48,049 nt of DNA from IMG/VR virus record IMGVR_UViG_3300037484_000103, positions 1 to 48,049 of that record; one strand, 5' to 3'. Positions 8,024-17,266 of this stretch are shown here, one piece after another. The position numbers and the translations under genes were made by a program. Numbering within the stretch: position 1 is the first letter of the stretch; every line of letters begins with the position of its first letter. The DNA comes from a virus. Lineage: Duplodnaviria; Caudoviricetes. The notes beneath the pieces are model-generated. The model had not been told where the DNA came from. It was given only the letters and a program-made list of their open reading frames with translations, and searched no databases.

Positions 8024-8703
8024 GAGCGAAAGGCCACCGTGCCCGCGTCGAACACGCGCACCCCAGGAATCCGCGTTTCGGCCTTCATCGCCTTGACCAG
8101 CCGTCCGATCTTCACCAGGTCTGGGGTCATGTACTCCCGGGGGACAGCGGCCTCGTCGCTGATCTCGAATTGCCAGTTGGCCCGGGTGCTGGCCCCCTGG
8201 ACCGCCACCTTCGGGGCCGGGGCTTCCACCTTCGCCACTTCTACAACTACCGGGGCCGCCAGCACTTCCTCGGCCTGTTCGGCCATGCCTTCCTTCTCCA
8301 GCCGTTCGGCCAGGGCGAGGCGGTTCTCCTCCTCGATCTTCCGCTTCTCGGCGGCCTCCGCTTCGGCCTTCCTGCGGGCTTCCTCGGCCTCCTTGCGCTT
8401 GCGGGCTTCCTCGATCTGCTGCCAAGAGTAGGCCCGAGAGGATAGGGTTTTCTTGGCCGTTTCCAGGGGGTCGATGAAACTCTTCATCAGCTTCATGACC
8501 TCCTGATATGCTTCGTAAGTTTTCCGTTTGGAGGGGCCAAGACGTTCCTCCACCAGCTTGATCCGAGCCGAGCAGGACTTCCCGAGCTCCATCGCCTGCT
8601 CGAAGGTCACGGCGTCAATCACCTGTAGGGCATTCGCTGCCGCCACCACCGGATGGATCTCGGCGGATAGTTCAGTCCTCTCCGCTACCATGACATCGCC
8701 CAT
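8020..8703 (-). CDS. Coiled-coil recombination-region protein (Gp157-like C-terminus)
   Basis: Long coiled coil; W.FEI.D...VPREY..PD..KI...IPGV. Confidence 0.65.
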   Translation of the reverse strand: MGDVMVAERTELSAEIHPVVAAANALQVIDAVTFEQAMELGKSCSARIKLVEERLGPSKRKTYEAYQEVMKLMKSFIDPLETAKKTLSSRAYSWQQIEEARKRKEAEEARRKAEAEAAEKRKIEEENRLALAERLEKEGMAEQAEEVLAAPVVVEVAKVEAPAPKVAVQGASTRANWQFEISDEAAVPREYMTPDLVKIGRLVKAMKAETRIPGVRVFDAGTVAFRS

Positions 8704-9710
8704 TACACGCCTCCTTGTATGCTCTTGCGCCGCAGCCCGGCGACGCTCTCCAGTTCCTTCTGCACCTCTTGGAGTTCTTCGGGATTCCCCCGGGCTCCGT
8801 CGACCTTATGTTTCCATTCCAGGGCTTCCTGCCCGCCGAAAAGAGATACCATGGGGCCTTCCTTGCTCTTCACCCGCTCGTTGATAGCGGACATGATCTG
8901 TCCGTAAGGACCGGTTGCCGTGGTCGGGAACTTCACCGGGGGCTCACTGATCGGGGCCGCCGGCGCGGGGATGGACGATTCGGTCTGAATTGCCTGCGGC
9001 GCGCGAAGCTCTCCCTTGTCCTCCGGCTCTTCCTGTCCATTCTCGGCGTTCTCGATTTCCGCATCGACGAAGGGCATCCCCCGCAGGATTTCTCGGAACA
9101 CCAGCCGGAAGGCTTGGCCGATGGCGCATTTCTGCGTCATGAAGTGGCCGCGTTTCTGCCACATGGAATTGGGTTGATGTCCCCCCTTGGCCTGGACGTA
9201 CTTCAGGCCCACCGCCTCCACGTAGCGAACGGTCCACTTAAACTCTTTCGGCCAGTCTCGGCGCTTGATGACCAACGTCACCTTGTAGGTGGACTTCCGC
9301 CAATCCTGATTGTCGATCTCCCCGGACTCTTCTATGATCCAGTACTCTAGCCTGCCGGTTTCTTCGGCACGATCGATATAGACTTCGTATCCAACCACCG
9401 GGACTAGCGTTCCCCCGCCGGCTTCATCGTCCTTTCCTACCTGGACGGCGTGGATCTCGCGGCGCAGGGGATTCAAGTTGAATTCCCTGGCCACGGCGAT
9501 GAACAGTTTCTTTTTCTGTTGGTCCAGTTTCGACGTAATCCCCAGCGCATCGAACGCCTCGATGATCTTGGCTTCGGTCATGATCTCGCGCCCATTCACC
9601 GGGGGATGATTCTCTCGCACCGCAGGCAGGCCGGCAGGTGCCGCAATCTGCTTGACTTCGGCCCGGGGCTTGCGCGGGGCCGCCTTCCTTTTCTTCGCTG
9701 TCTTAGGCAT
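8703..9710 (-). CDS. bet: Bet/RecT-family single-strand annealing protein
   Basis: F...A....LNPL.REIH; VVGYE.Y...A; W......M..K.A..QA.R..F. Confidence 0.8.
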   Translation of the reverse strand: MPKTAKKRKAAPRKPRAEVKQIAAPAGLPAVRENHPPVNGREIMTEAKIIEAFDALGITSKLDQQKKKLFIAVAREFNLNPLRREIHAVQVGKDDEAGGGTLVPVVGYEVYIDRAEETGRLEYWIIEESGEIDNQDWRKSTYKVTLVIKRRDWPKEFKWTVRYVEAVGLKYVQAKGGHQPNSMWQKRGHFMTQKCAIGQAFRLVFREILRGMPFVDAEIENAENGQEEPEDKGELRAPQAIQTESSIPAPAAPISEPPVKFPTTATGPYGQIMSAINERVKSKEGPMVSLFGGQEALEWKHKVDGARGNPEELQEVQKELESVAGLRRKSIQGGV

Positions 9711-10068
9711 TTTTTCCCCCCTTCTGTATCAGGTCGTTCATCTCCGACATCGCCCCCACCACGTCAGGAAGCTTCGGCCATGACAGCCGATGCGCCGTTG
9801 ATGGCGGATGCTGAATGCTCACCCACGCTTCCTCGTTCTGCATGTACTCGATGAAGTCGGCGAGAATCGGCATGAGGCCCGCGCACCTCTGCGCCTGCTC
9901 CATCAACTCGGCCCACTTCTCCGCCGTGGCCATGCAGCCATAGTAGCGCCGTATCCGCTCCCGCAGCGCCGCGCAGTAGGTGTACAGCTTGCGGGCGGTG
10001 GCCTCCACGTTCTCCCGGTCCCGGTCCAAGGATACCTGAGCATTGGCAAGGTCAAGACAGGTGCTCAT
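9703..10068 (-). CDS. Hypothetical protein
   Basis: Coupled ORF with RBS. Confidence 0.55.
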   Translation of the reverse strand: MSTCLDLANAQVSLDRDRENVEATARKLYTYCAALRERIRRYYGCMATAEKWAELMEQAQRCAGLMPILADFIEYMQNEEAWVSIQHPPSTAHRLSWPKLPDVVGAMSEMNDLIQKGGKNA

Positions 10069-10406
10069 TCCTTGCTCCCTGTGGGTCCCTCGGCCCTGGC
10101 GATGGCGATGCTTGTGATAGCCTTGATTTCCGAGATAGGATCTTTATACTGTTGCCAGAATGCACGGTTGATTGTCTTCAACGCTTCCAGCAGCTCCGGC
10201 GCGGCCGCGATCAGCACGGCATCGACCTTGGCTTGCTCAGACATTAGCCAGCGCTCCCCGTTGTAGCTGGCCCCCCGGTCGGAATAATGTATATTCCGGT
10301 CGTCTTCGGAATGGAGCCCCGGGGTGTCGCCCTTTCTTGATTTTGGATAGACCGCGAGGCACCCACCGCGAAAATCAGCCACCCACGGTCCCGGTGTGTG
10401 TTTCAT
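10065..10406 (-). CDS. Conserved phage protein (HTPGPW family)
   Basis: MKHTPGPW...LIAAAPELLEAL...AIARAEG. Confidence 0.75.
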   Translation of the reverse strand: MKHTPGPWVADFRGGCLAVYPKSRKGDTPGLHSEDDRNIHYSDRGASYNGERWLMSEQAKVDAVLIAAAPELLEALKTINRAFWQQYKDPISEIKAITSIAIARAEGPTGSKE

Positions 10407-10620
10407 CAGAATATCTCCGGCTGCCGCTGGTCGCCTTCGGTCTTCTTCTCCCCCTCCTTCTCCGTACCTTTCTCCCCCTCCACCGCAGGCTCCGGCTCTT
10501 CCCGCTCCCCGCACTCCCCACGCTGGAGGCAAACCAAACAGAGGCCGGTGTCCAGCTCAGCGGGGAGCTTCAGGATCGCCCCGCAACCCGGGTTGCTGCA
10601 AAACTCCTCATGCCGCTTGC

Positions 10621-10624
<4 letters not shown>
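10406..10624 (-). CDS. Small Zn-finger protein
   Basis: CSNPGC...CLVC. Confidence 0.5.
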
Positions 10625-11156
<532 letters not shown>

Positions 11157-11160
<4 letters not shown>

Positions 11161-11309
11161 GCTTTCCCTCCTGTCCTCGCCTCGCGGCGGGCGTACAGCT
11201 CGGCCATGACCCGCGCCATGCAGTCCCCACAGACGCCATGAGACACGCCGGCCTGGAGCGGGTACTTTGTGCCCAAGTCCTTCTGGCAGTAGCAGCACAC
11301 GATTTTCAA
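11157..11309 (-). CDS. Small Zn-finger protein, first gene of the early operon
   Basis: GGAGG RBS and TTG; C.YC...SHG.C.DC. Confidence 0.65.
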
Positions 11310-11328
11310 GATGCCCTCCTGAAACACA

Positions 11329-11440
11329 AGGGGCGAGTCACCTGCTGTAGAAGTGGGACTCCACCGCCGAAGTAACGGTGTGCCCAGCAACAGATTGACT
11401 CGCCCCTGGCGTCTACTTCGTTTGTCATAGCAGCTTCTAC
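11329..11440 (-). ncRNA. C4/CI-like antisense RNA element A with its upstream targets
   Basis: 12-bp basal stem (11329..11340 / 11396..11407); apical loop TACTTCG (11368..11374) complements CGAAGTA (11414..11420); bulge CTTCTAC (11347..11353) complements GTAGAAG (11434..11440). Confidence 0.7.
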
Positions 11441-11455
11441 CCTGCTCATGCTCTA

Positions 11456-11484
11456 ACTATAGACCCCCCGCGTGGAAAACGCAA
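11456..11484 (-). promoter_or_regulatory. Sigma70-type early promoter
   Basis: TTGCGT (11484..11479) - 17 nt - TATAGT (11461..11456). Confidence 0.7.
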
Positions 11485-11492
11485 GGATTATC

Positions 11493-11750
11493 TTAGGTAT
11501 TCTCGTCTCTTTTTTTGGTAAGTTTCCTGTACCACGATATGGCGGTATTTTTCGTCACGCCCAAAGCCTCGCACAAGTCCCCGTGGTTCGTCTTCGGCCA
11601 AAACTCCACCAACGCCGCCTGCTGTTCCAGCGTCAACGGGCAGGGCCGCTGATACCGGCCCGCAGGCCGGCAGGATTCCAACCTTGCCAGTAAGTCGGCA
11701 GAGTACTTGATACTCACCGCGGCGGGGGCTTTCAATTCGCGGCGAGGCAT
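11493..11750 (-). CDS. Small HTH-like protein
   Basis: DLCEALGVTKNTAISWY helix-turn-helix-like segment; AGGAG RBS. Confidence 0.55.
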   Translation of the reverse strand: MPRRELKAPAAVSIKYSADLLARLESCRPAGRYQRPCPLTLEQQAALVEFWPKTNHGDLCEALGVTKNTAISWYRKLTKKRDENT

Positions 11751-12523
11751 ACATACTCCTTCGGCACAACATACTTCAACGGCATGAGCCTGGGCCGGAT
11801 GTATACCTCCCCGGAGTTGTCGATTTCCACGTAGATGAATCCAAAGTCATAGTACAGGCCGCGCAGTTTGCGGGCGTAGATGGATCGCCCCCGTTCGGGG
11901 TCAGGCAGGAACAGGCAAGGAATCGACACCCCGCGCCGGCCAGCCAGTCGGAGCTCAAAGAAGTAGTGGGTATGCGCTCTCGCCAAAACATCCGCAGGCT
12001 TGAAATCTTCAAGAAGCGATTGGAGCATTTCCCGGATAATCTCTTTCCCGAGTTGCGCCCCCTGGCCGGTGGGAACATCGGAGCGCCCCTGGACATGGCG
12101 AATGTTGAAGCGGACTTCCCATTTCGGTCCTTGCACCTTCAACCGCAGGGTATCACGGATTTCCGCATCCAGCCGGCGGGCTACCAGATTTTCGATGCTC
12201 AAAGAGGAAACGGTGTGAAGCGGCGTACCATAGCAAACGTATTTTTCTTTCGCCCGCACGATGCTCAGTGCTTGCGCGGCGGCCTCAGCCTGCTCTTCTA
12301 CATCTGTCGTCCAGAGGCCGAGCGTTTCTTTCGTTCCCGGGCCGTCTATCAAATCTCCGTCAAATACGGCAAAGTCTACAGGGCCGATAGTCTTTATCTC
12401 TGCGGCCCACCAATCCCACGCCTGCCTCTGGATTCCCTTGCAGCGCCCTTGCCAAAACTCCGGGGGCGTCAATCCCAAAACGTGCCCGGTATGTGGATCG
12501 GCAGCAAGAATGCCTTTTGTCAA
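11732..12523 (-). CDS. Calcineurin-like metallophosphoesterase
   Basis: ADPHTG, GDLID, GT..H, RH and AHTH motifs; GGAGG RBS and TTG. Confidence 0.8.
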   Translation of the reverse strand: MTKGILAADPHTGHVLGLTPPEFWQGRCKGIQRQAWDWWAAEIKTIGPVDFAVFDGDLIDGPGTKETLGLWTTDVEEQAEAAAQALSIVRAKEKYVCYGTPLHTVSSLSIENLVARRLDAEIRDTLRLKVQGPKWEVRFNIRHVQGRSDVPTGQGAQLGKEIIREMLQSLLEDFKPADVLARAHTHYFFELRLAGRRGVSIPCLFLPDPERGRSIYARKLRGLYYDFGFIYVEIDNSGEVYIRPRLMPLKYVVPKEYVCLAAN

Positions 12524-12669
12524 AAGTCCTCCCGTCTGGGCTTTCGCCCGAGTCGCTGAGATATTCGCAGCAGCCCGCACCCCAGCCAGCAGCAGGCCCA
12601 GAACAGCCTTCGGGCCGCCGCAAGCCGTAGCCGTTGCAGCAGGTTACGCAGCTCGAAGCCGAGTGTCAT
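12520..12669 (-). CDS. Small basic hypothetical protein (49 aa)
   Basis: Read by eye: MTLGFELRNLL...; ATGA/TTGA overlaps. Confidence 0.45.
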   Translation of the reverse strand: MTLGFELRNLLQRLRLAAARRLFWACCWLGCGLLRISQRLGRKPRREDF

Positions 12670-12916
12670 GCCCCACCCCCTACGCCCTCGCCCCACCCGC
12701 CGCTCCAGTCGTACCCCGCATTATGCAGATTTTGCACATTGGTAGGGTAGGGCTCACGCAGCGAGCGCATGTCTCCCCACGTCGCTACCAGTAGAGGAAT
12801 CCATATCGCAACTGTGGCGGCCCCCAGGGCGAGAACGAGGACAACCCCCTGCTTCCATATTTGTTCCCTTTGCCATGCGCGTGGCAAATCTTGTAACAAA
12901 ACGTAGGCACTTATCG

Positions 12917-13276
12917 TTAAGTGCCAAAGTCTTGTTTCCCGTACTTGCCCTTGAGCCACCGCTTGACGTTCGGGCCAGCGAAGGCCGCCAAGCCCTCGGC
13001 GAGAATCGCCCCGATCAGCGGCGTCAGCAAGCGCCCGAACAACTCCAGGCGCACCGGGTCTAGGACCACCACGTACACGCTCACTACAAGCATCAGCAGC
13101 ATCAACTCGCAGACCCAGGCCACCTGAATAAACCCCAGCGCCCGAGACTTGCGGGCCGTGGCCCCCGCTGCCCGTTCGTCCTTCTTCTGCTCGCGCTTCT
13201 CTTCGGCGGCTTGTTTTCGGGCCTTTGCCAATTCTTCTTTGAGTTTCCGATTTGCTTCTCGTTGTGCTTTGGTCAT
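12917..13276 (-). CDS. Membrane protein, lysis accessory candidate
   Basis: Charged N-terminus plus two TM helices; in the lysis cluster. Confidence 0.55.
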   Translation of the reverse strand: MTKAQREANRKLKEELAKARKQAAEEKREQKKDERAAGATARKSRALGFIQVAWVCELMLLMLVVSVYVVVLDPVRLELFGRLLTPLIGAILAEGLAAFAGPNVKRWLKGKYGKQDFGT

Positions 13277-13303
13277 AAATGGGGGCCTTGCGGCCCCCTC
13301 TCC

Positions 13304-13489
13304 TTACGGGAGCTGCGGAATCGTGATCGCGATGCCGATGGCATCTGCCACGAAGGCCACGACCGGGATAACGATGGTAAGCCATGTCGGATTTACCGCC
13401 GTATTCCAGATCACCGCTCCCACGGCGATGAACAGGAGTCCGGTTATACCGAACCCCAGCGCCGTCTTTTTCCTTGCACTCAGAGCCAT
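13304..13489 (-). CDS. Holin candidate
   Basis: 61 aa with two TM helices, right after the lysin candidate; GAGGTG RBS. Confidence 0.6.
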   Translation of the reverse strand: MALSARKKTALGFGITGLLFIAVGAVIWNTAVNPTWLTIVIPVVAFVADAIGIAITIPQLP

Positions 13490-13515
13490 GATACACCTCT
13501 TCGCGAAAAGGTTTG

Positions 13516-14034
13516 TCAGCTGCCAACGGCAGCATTATCCCACACCCGATACAGCAGGCGCTTGTCCACCACCCGCTTGCGAATCTCGTACAAGTCCTCC
13601 AGCCCCGCGACTCCGATTGCTTCCTCTCGGTTCCACGGGTCGTACAGCTCGAATCCTTCATGGTCGAACAGAGTCCAGTGGCCGTCCGGCCCGCATGTAA
13701 CCCAATGGCCTACCATATACTGAAACGGAACTCGCGCATTCCAGTATACAGGATTGTCGCCTTTCATTCTCCCTACTTGGCGGGCGCGAAAGGTTGGCAT
13801 CCCCAACAGCGCGAAAGCATGTTGCATGAGCAGGTGTTCATTCTTCCCGGTGCGACAGTTTTCGCCAATCGCCGTAGGGTCCGCTTTGCCAACTCGGAAT
13901 ATCGCCATGACCTGTTCCACGCTCAGGGACCGTTTCGCAGACAACTGCGGAATAGCCAACATGGACATGAAGCGGCAGCCGTAGCGCCGAAGCTCTTGCG
14001 GGAAGGCTGGATTGGTCTGGTGGAGTAGGTTCAT
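13516..14034 (-). CDS. DUF261-like / papain-fold peptidase, candidate endolysin
   Basis: Q...YGC.F.S (Cys), GHW (His), YDP (Asp); position between membrane proteins after the tail genes. Confidence 0.55.
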   Translation of the reverse strand: MNLLHQTNPAFPQELRRYGCRFMSMLAIPQLSAKRSLSVEQVMAIFRVGKADPTAIGENCRTGKNEHLLMQHAFALLGMPTFRARQVGRMKGDNPVYWNARVPFQYMVGHWVTCGPDGHWTLFDHEGFELYDPWNREEAIGVAGLEDLYEIRKRVVDKRLLYRVWDNAAVGS

Positions 14035-14234
14035 ACCTTGAGAAAAGTTCGCACGATGGCGAAAGCCAGGGTCAGGATAATCCCCGTGAGTACAGCATAG
14101 GTCAGCTTTTCAAGACCTCCCACCTTCTCCTTGAGCACGTCAAGTTTCGATTCCAGGCCGTTGAATACCTTTTCCTCCAACTTCCCAAACCGATCCATGC
14201 AGGCCGGATTCTCGATGTGCTTCTTTGATGCCAT
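14031..14234 (-). CDS. Coiled-coil plus single-TM lysis protein (XhlA/holin-like)
   Basis: GGAGG RBS; short coiled coil and C-terminal TM helix. Confidence 0.55.
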   Translation of the reverse strand: MASKKHIENPACMDRFGKLEEKVFNGLESKLDVLKEKVGGLEKLTYAVLTGIILTLAFAIVRTFLKV

Positions 14235-14235
14235 G

Positions 14236-14613
14236 TCATGCCTCCCGGTAGGATTGTAGTTTGTCGATAAGGGCCTGGAATGCCGGCTGCCGTGGCTTGG
14301 CGTCGGGCCGCAGGTATTCGATTTCGCGGACAATAATCTCGATAGCTTTCAACATCTGTAGGTCTCGCAGCAGCCGCGCCTCTGCCTCGGCGTCCAGCTT
14401 CGCGGCCAACTCCTCGGCAGGCAGCGGGTAGGGTTCGTGTACCTCGGTTTGCAACACTTCATCCCAATGCATCTCGCGCCTAGGCCACCCCGGCCACGGC
14501 TCCGTCTTTGCCGTGCGGAACTCTTGGCCCGCCGCCAGCGTATATAGCGCCTCGCTGGTCCCCACGCTCACGATGCGCCGCTTATCCCCGGTTCCCTCAA
14601 TAACGAATACCAC
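14236..14613 (-). CDS. Hypothetical tail-associated protein (possible fibre chaperone)
   Basis: Follows the tail spike ORFs. Confidence 0.45.
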   Translation of the reverse strand: MVFVIEGTGDKRRIVSVGTSEALYTLAAGQEFRTAKTEPWPGWPRREMHWDEVLQTEVHEPYPLPAEELAAKLDAEAEARLLRDLQMLKAIEIIVREIEYLRPDAKPRQPAFQALIDKLQSYREA

Positions 14614-14621
14614 GTTGCCCC

Positions 14622-14984
14622 CTATCCGAGAAAAAACACCTTGACTTTATAGTAATAGTCCTCGGTGTCAATCGTATTCACACCACCAGACCCGTTGGAT
14701 TGATAGAATCCGACCGCCCCGGTATGCACTTCGATGTTATTCAAATCTACTTGCCTGACTTGCGCCCCGACTACGCCGGCAGAATAGTCATGCACCAAAA
14801 ACGCATTCGCATCCGTGCCATCCGTGCTGCACCAGACTTGCACCAATAGGCTCGCCAGCGGCGCGTTGAGGTTGTGGGTGACGTTGCTGTCCGTGTTCAG
14901 CGTGGTGTCGCTGCCAAGGTGGACGTTGGTCCAGTCAGAGCGGTTGATCCATCCGGTATCGTATCGGTATTGCCAAGAGTTCAA
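14622..14984 (-). CDS. Tail fibre/spike C-terminal-type domain
   Basis: YDTGW...VTHNL...V.V..S and YYKV.V pattern typical of fibre tips. Confidence 0.55.
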   Translation of the reverse strand: MNSWQYRYDTGWINRSDWTNVHLGSDTTLNTDSNVTHNLNAPLASLLVQVWCSTDGTDANAFLVHDYSAGVVGAQVRQVDLNNIEVHTGAVGFYQSNGSGGVNTIDTEDYYYKVKVFFLG

Positions 14985-14987
14985 AGG

Positions 14988-15515
14988 CTATACTCCTGCA
15001 TAGGTTCTTGAGCTACTATCCCAGAAATTCTGATTATATAAATTATGCTCCCCAATTGGTTGCAGACGAAGATTGTCTACGAAAATTATTTCATCCGTAG
15101 AAGCAGCGGCTTCAATCCGAATTAATGCTTTTGCCGATTTAGCTCCAGAAGGAATTAGGATATTCGTTGTTCCGCAAGCATTCCAGGCATCTTTTCCCGT
15201 AGATACAATGCCACTTGTTTCGTGCCAGGCTCCTCCGGTAGAGGTAGTATATCCGAATATGAATACTACTTCTGCCGTAGTAGGTGAACCAGTAGCCAAG
15301 AGGTAAGTATAGCCAGAGAGTGCATATCGAGTCCCCGGATATAAACCATGCAAATCATTCTTGGCTATGTTATCACACAACCTATATTCCCCGGTGGAAG
15401 CTCCGGTAAGAATGATCTTCAAAGACTTTGCTCCCTTATAATATTGTTCCGTACTTAGTTCGGCAGTACAACCCGATAAGGAATATGTATCATTCAGAAT
15501 ATATGGCAAACTCAT
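14988..15515 (-). CDS. Carbohydrate-binding (CBM4/9-like) tail protein
   Basis: STE....G.KSLKI; G..Y.LS.Y; W; FVDNL.L; low GC. Confidence 0.6.
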   Translation of the reverse strand: MSLPYILNDTYSLSGCTAELSTEQYYKGAKSLKIILTGASTGEYRLCDNIAKNDLHGLYPGTRYALSGYTYLLATGSPTTAEVVFIFGYTTSTGGAWHETSGIVSTGKDAWNACGTTNILIPSGAKSAKALIRIEAAASTDEIIFVDNLRLQPIGEHNLYNQNFWDSSSRTYAGV

Positions 15516-17266
15516 TCGCAAGCTCCATTAACAATTAGATTCCCATTGTCCTTCGAATAATTGGAATTAACAATATTCCCTTCCGAAAAAAGATTATCTA
15601 TAAATATCCCCATTCCGTTGGCTACAGACAAAGACCAGGCAGAGTTTGTATTATCTCCATTATTTTCGACAATATTCCCTCGAATAATATTATTGCCCTT
15701 CAAATCTTGTCCGGGAATAACTTGTATACCAGTTGCTCCATTTGTGCGAACGATATTATTCTCTATCGAAATATTCTTTCCGCATCCCATAATCCCATAT
15801 TGCCAATTGTTTTCACTGATACAATTGGAAACTAAAAAATTATCTCCATCACTCGTGATTGCAATACCATAGATGTGACAGTTATTGGCACGACATTCTA
15901 CTACTATTCCGCTAGAACAGAAGCTGATATTTACCCCCGAACCACGGCAATCTTTTATTTCTGTTTTTGAAATAGTAAGATTGTCGCAGTAAACTATTTC
16001 AATTCCTCCACCATATCCATCATGCAATAGCAGAGAATCGATATTTGCGTAGTCTGCGTAACTGAGATAAATCAAACTTATTGTATTTGTATCTGCCGTA
16101 TTCCGTGTTACAGAAAGGTCCCAAATCTTGGTATTTTCTTTTTCCGTCCCGTTGCCACCGACAATTTCTATTGCATAATCATTACAGTTCTTTTCGATAA
16201 TCGTTCTTGCACCAGCACCCCGTAAGATAATATTCGTTTCCATTTCAATTGCTGCTGTGATATTGAATTGCCCTTCAGTGAGTTCCACCATCCCACCACC
16301 AAAAGCACTTGCCAGATAGTCTATCGCCGCCTGTATCTCGGTCTGGTCCGCCGTGCCGTCGCAGTAGTAGTCCGCCACTCCGAGGTAATCTTTCGCGGCC
16401 ACCACCACGCGCCCGAAGTTGTTCGGCTTCCACCGGGGATCTCCCGTGGCCAGAAACCGCGCCACGGCGTTAGAGTCCTTGACCCAGTTTTGCTCCACCT
16501 CGCGGAAGGCGATATTCGTAGTCCCCAAGTCACCCGCCGCCGCGTCCACCGTCACATCGTAGCACTCCACCACGCTATCGATGTACTCCCGCTGGCCGGC
16601 CCCGCCCACTTGCAGCGTGTACCATTCCCCGGGCTCAAACCACCAGCAGCGCCCCGGGATGCTCACCGCGTAGATGTGCTTCGCCTTCGGACCCGAAGTG
16701 GCAATCGTCCCCAGCGCCTTGGCGTAGTAGTCGGCAAGCTGCTCCAGTTGCGCTTTGGTAACTACGAAGTTATTGCCAAACTCGAAAGTGTTCTCCCCGC
16801 TAAGGAAGATATCCTGATAGTCTATAAATGCGTCGTGCGTAAATCCCTGATCCCCAGACATGCGAATAATCGGCTTGGCTTTGATGGCCGCTGCCACAAC
16901 ATATTGCGTACTCCCGCTGTCATTCAGTAATTTGATTTGTGCCGAGTCCGCCCGGGTCGTAGTATCGAACAGCGTCAAGTGCAGGCCGCTGTTCCCGGCG
17001 TCGTCCGTGGAGTTGTCTACCCCACTCTCGGAGGCCCAGAAAAGAATCGCATCAGTAACGCCAATGAGTTCTTTATCTTCGGCGTTGGGCTTGTACTTGG
17101 TCCCGGCATTTGTGGAGCGTCTATATCCTCCGATAGCCCGTGCTCGTTCTGCGGCGGCCCGCTGGGCATCCGTACCGCCTTCCCCGCGCCCACGGGTCGT
17201 AGTTCGGTTCCCAGAATCATAGTTGATATTGATTCCGATGGAGAGTAGGCCCGTCAGCCAGTCCAT
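15512..17266 (-). CDS. Tail spike with right-handed beta-helix (pectin-lyase-like) domain
   Basis: DG.AD...IQAAID...GG.V.L.EG...I.L.GAG followed by GI...N..I.NN repeats. Confidence 0.75.
   Translation of the reverse strand: MDWLTGLLSIGININYDSGNRTTTRGRGEGGTDAQRAAAERARAIGGYRRSTNAGTKYKPNAEDKELIGVTDAILFWASESGVDNSTDDAGNSGLHLTLFDTTTRADSAQIKLLNDSGSTQYVVAAAIKAKPIIRMSGDQGFTHDAFIDYQDIFLSGENTFEFGNNFVVTKAQLEQLADYYAKALGTIATSGPKAKHIYAVSIPGRCWWFEPGEWYTLQVGGAGQREYIDSVVECYDVTVDAAAGDLGTTNIAFREVEQNWVKDSNAVARFLATGDPRWKPNNFGRVVVAAKDYLGVADYYCDGTADQTEIQAAIDYLASAFGGGMVELTEGQFNITAAIEMETNIILRGAGARTIIEKNCNDYAIEIVGGNGTEKENTKIWDLSVTRNTADTNTISLIYLSYADYANIDSLLLHDGYGGGIEIVYCDNLTISKTEIKDCRGSGVNISFCSSGIVVECRANNCHIYGIAITSDGDNFLVSNCISENNWQYGIMGCGKNISIENNIVRTNGATGIQVIPGQDLKGNNIIRGNIVENNGDNTNSAWSLSVANGMGIFIDNLFSEGNIVNSNYSKDNGNLIVNGACE

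Noticed and set aside
12666-13661. 331-aa ORF
   Set aside because: Mostly an alternative frame over the lysis genes; only the last ~70 hydrophobic codons may be a real gene and no clear start was found
14985-14990. Genome-wide stop-codon reassignment
   Set aside because: Core genes are intact in the standard code and TAG, TGA and TAA all end real genes
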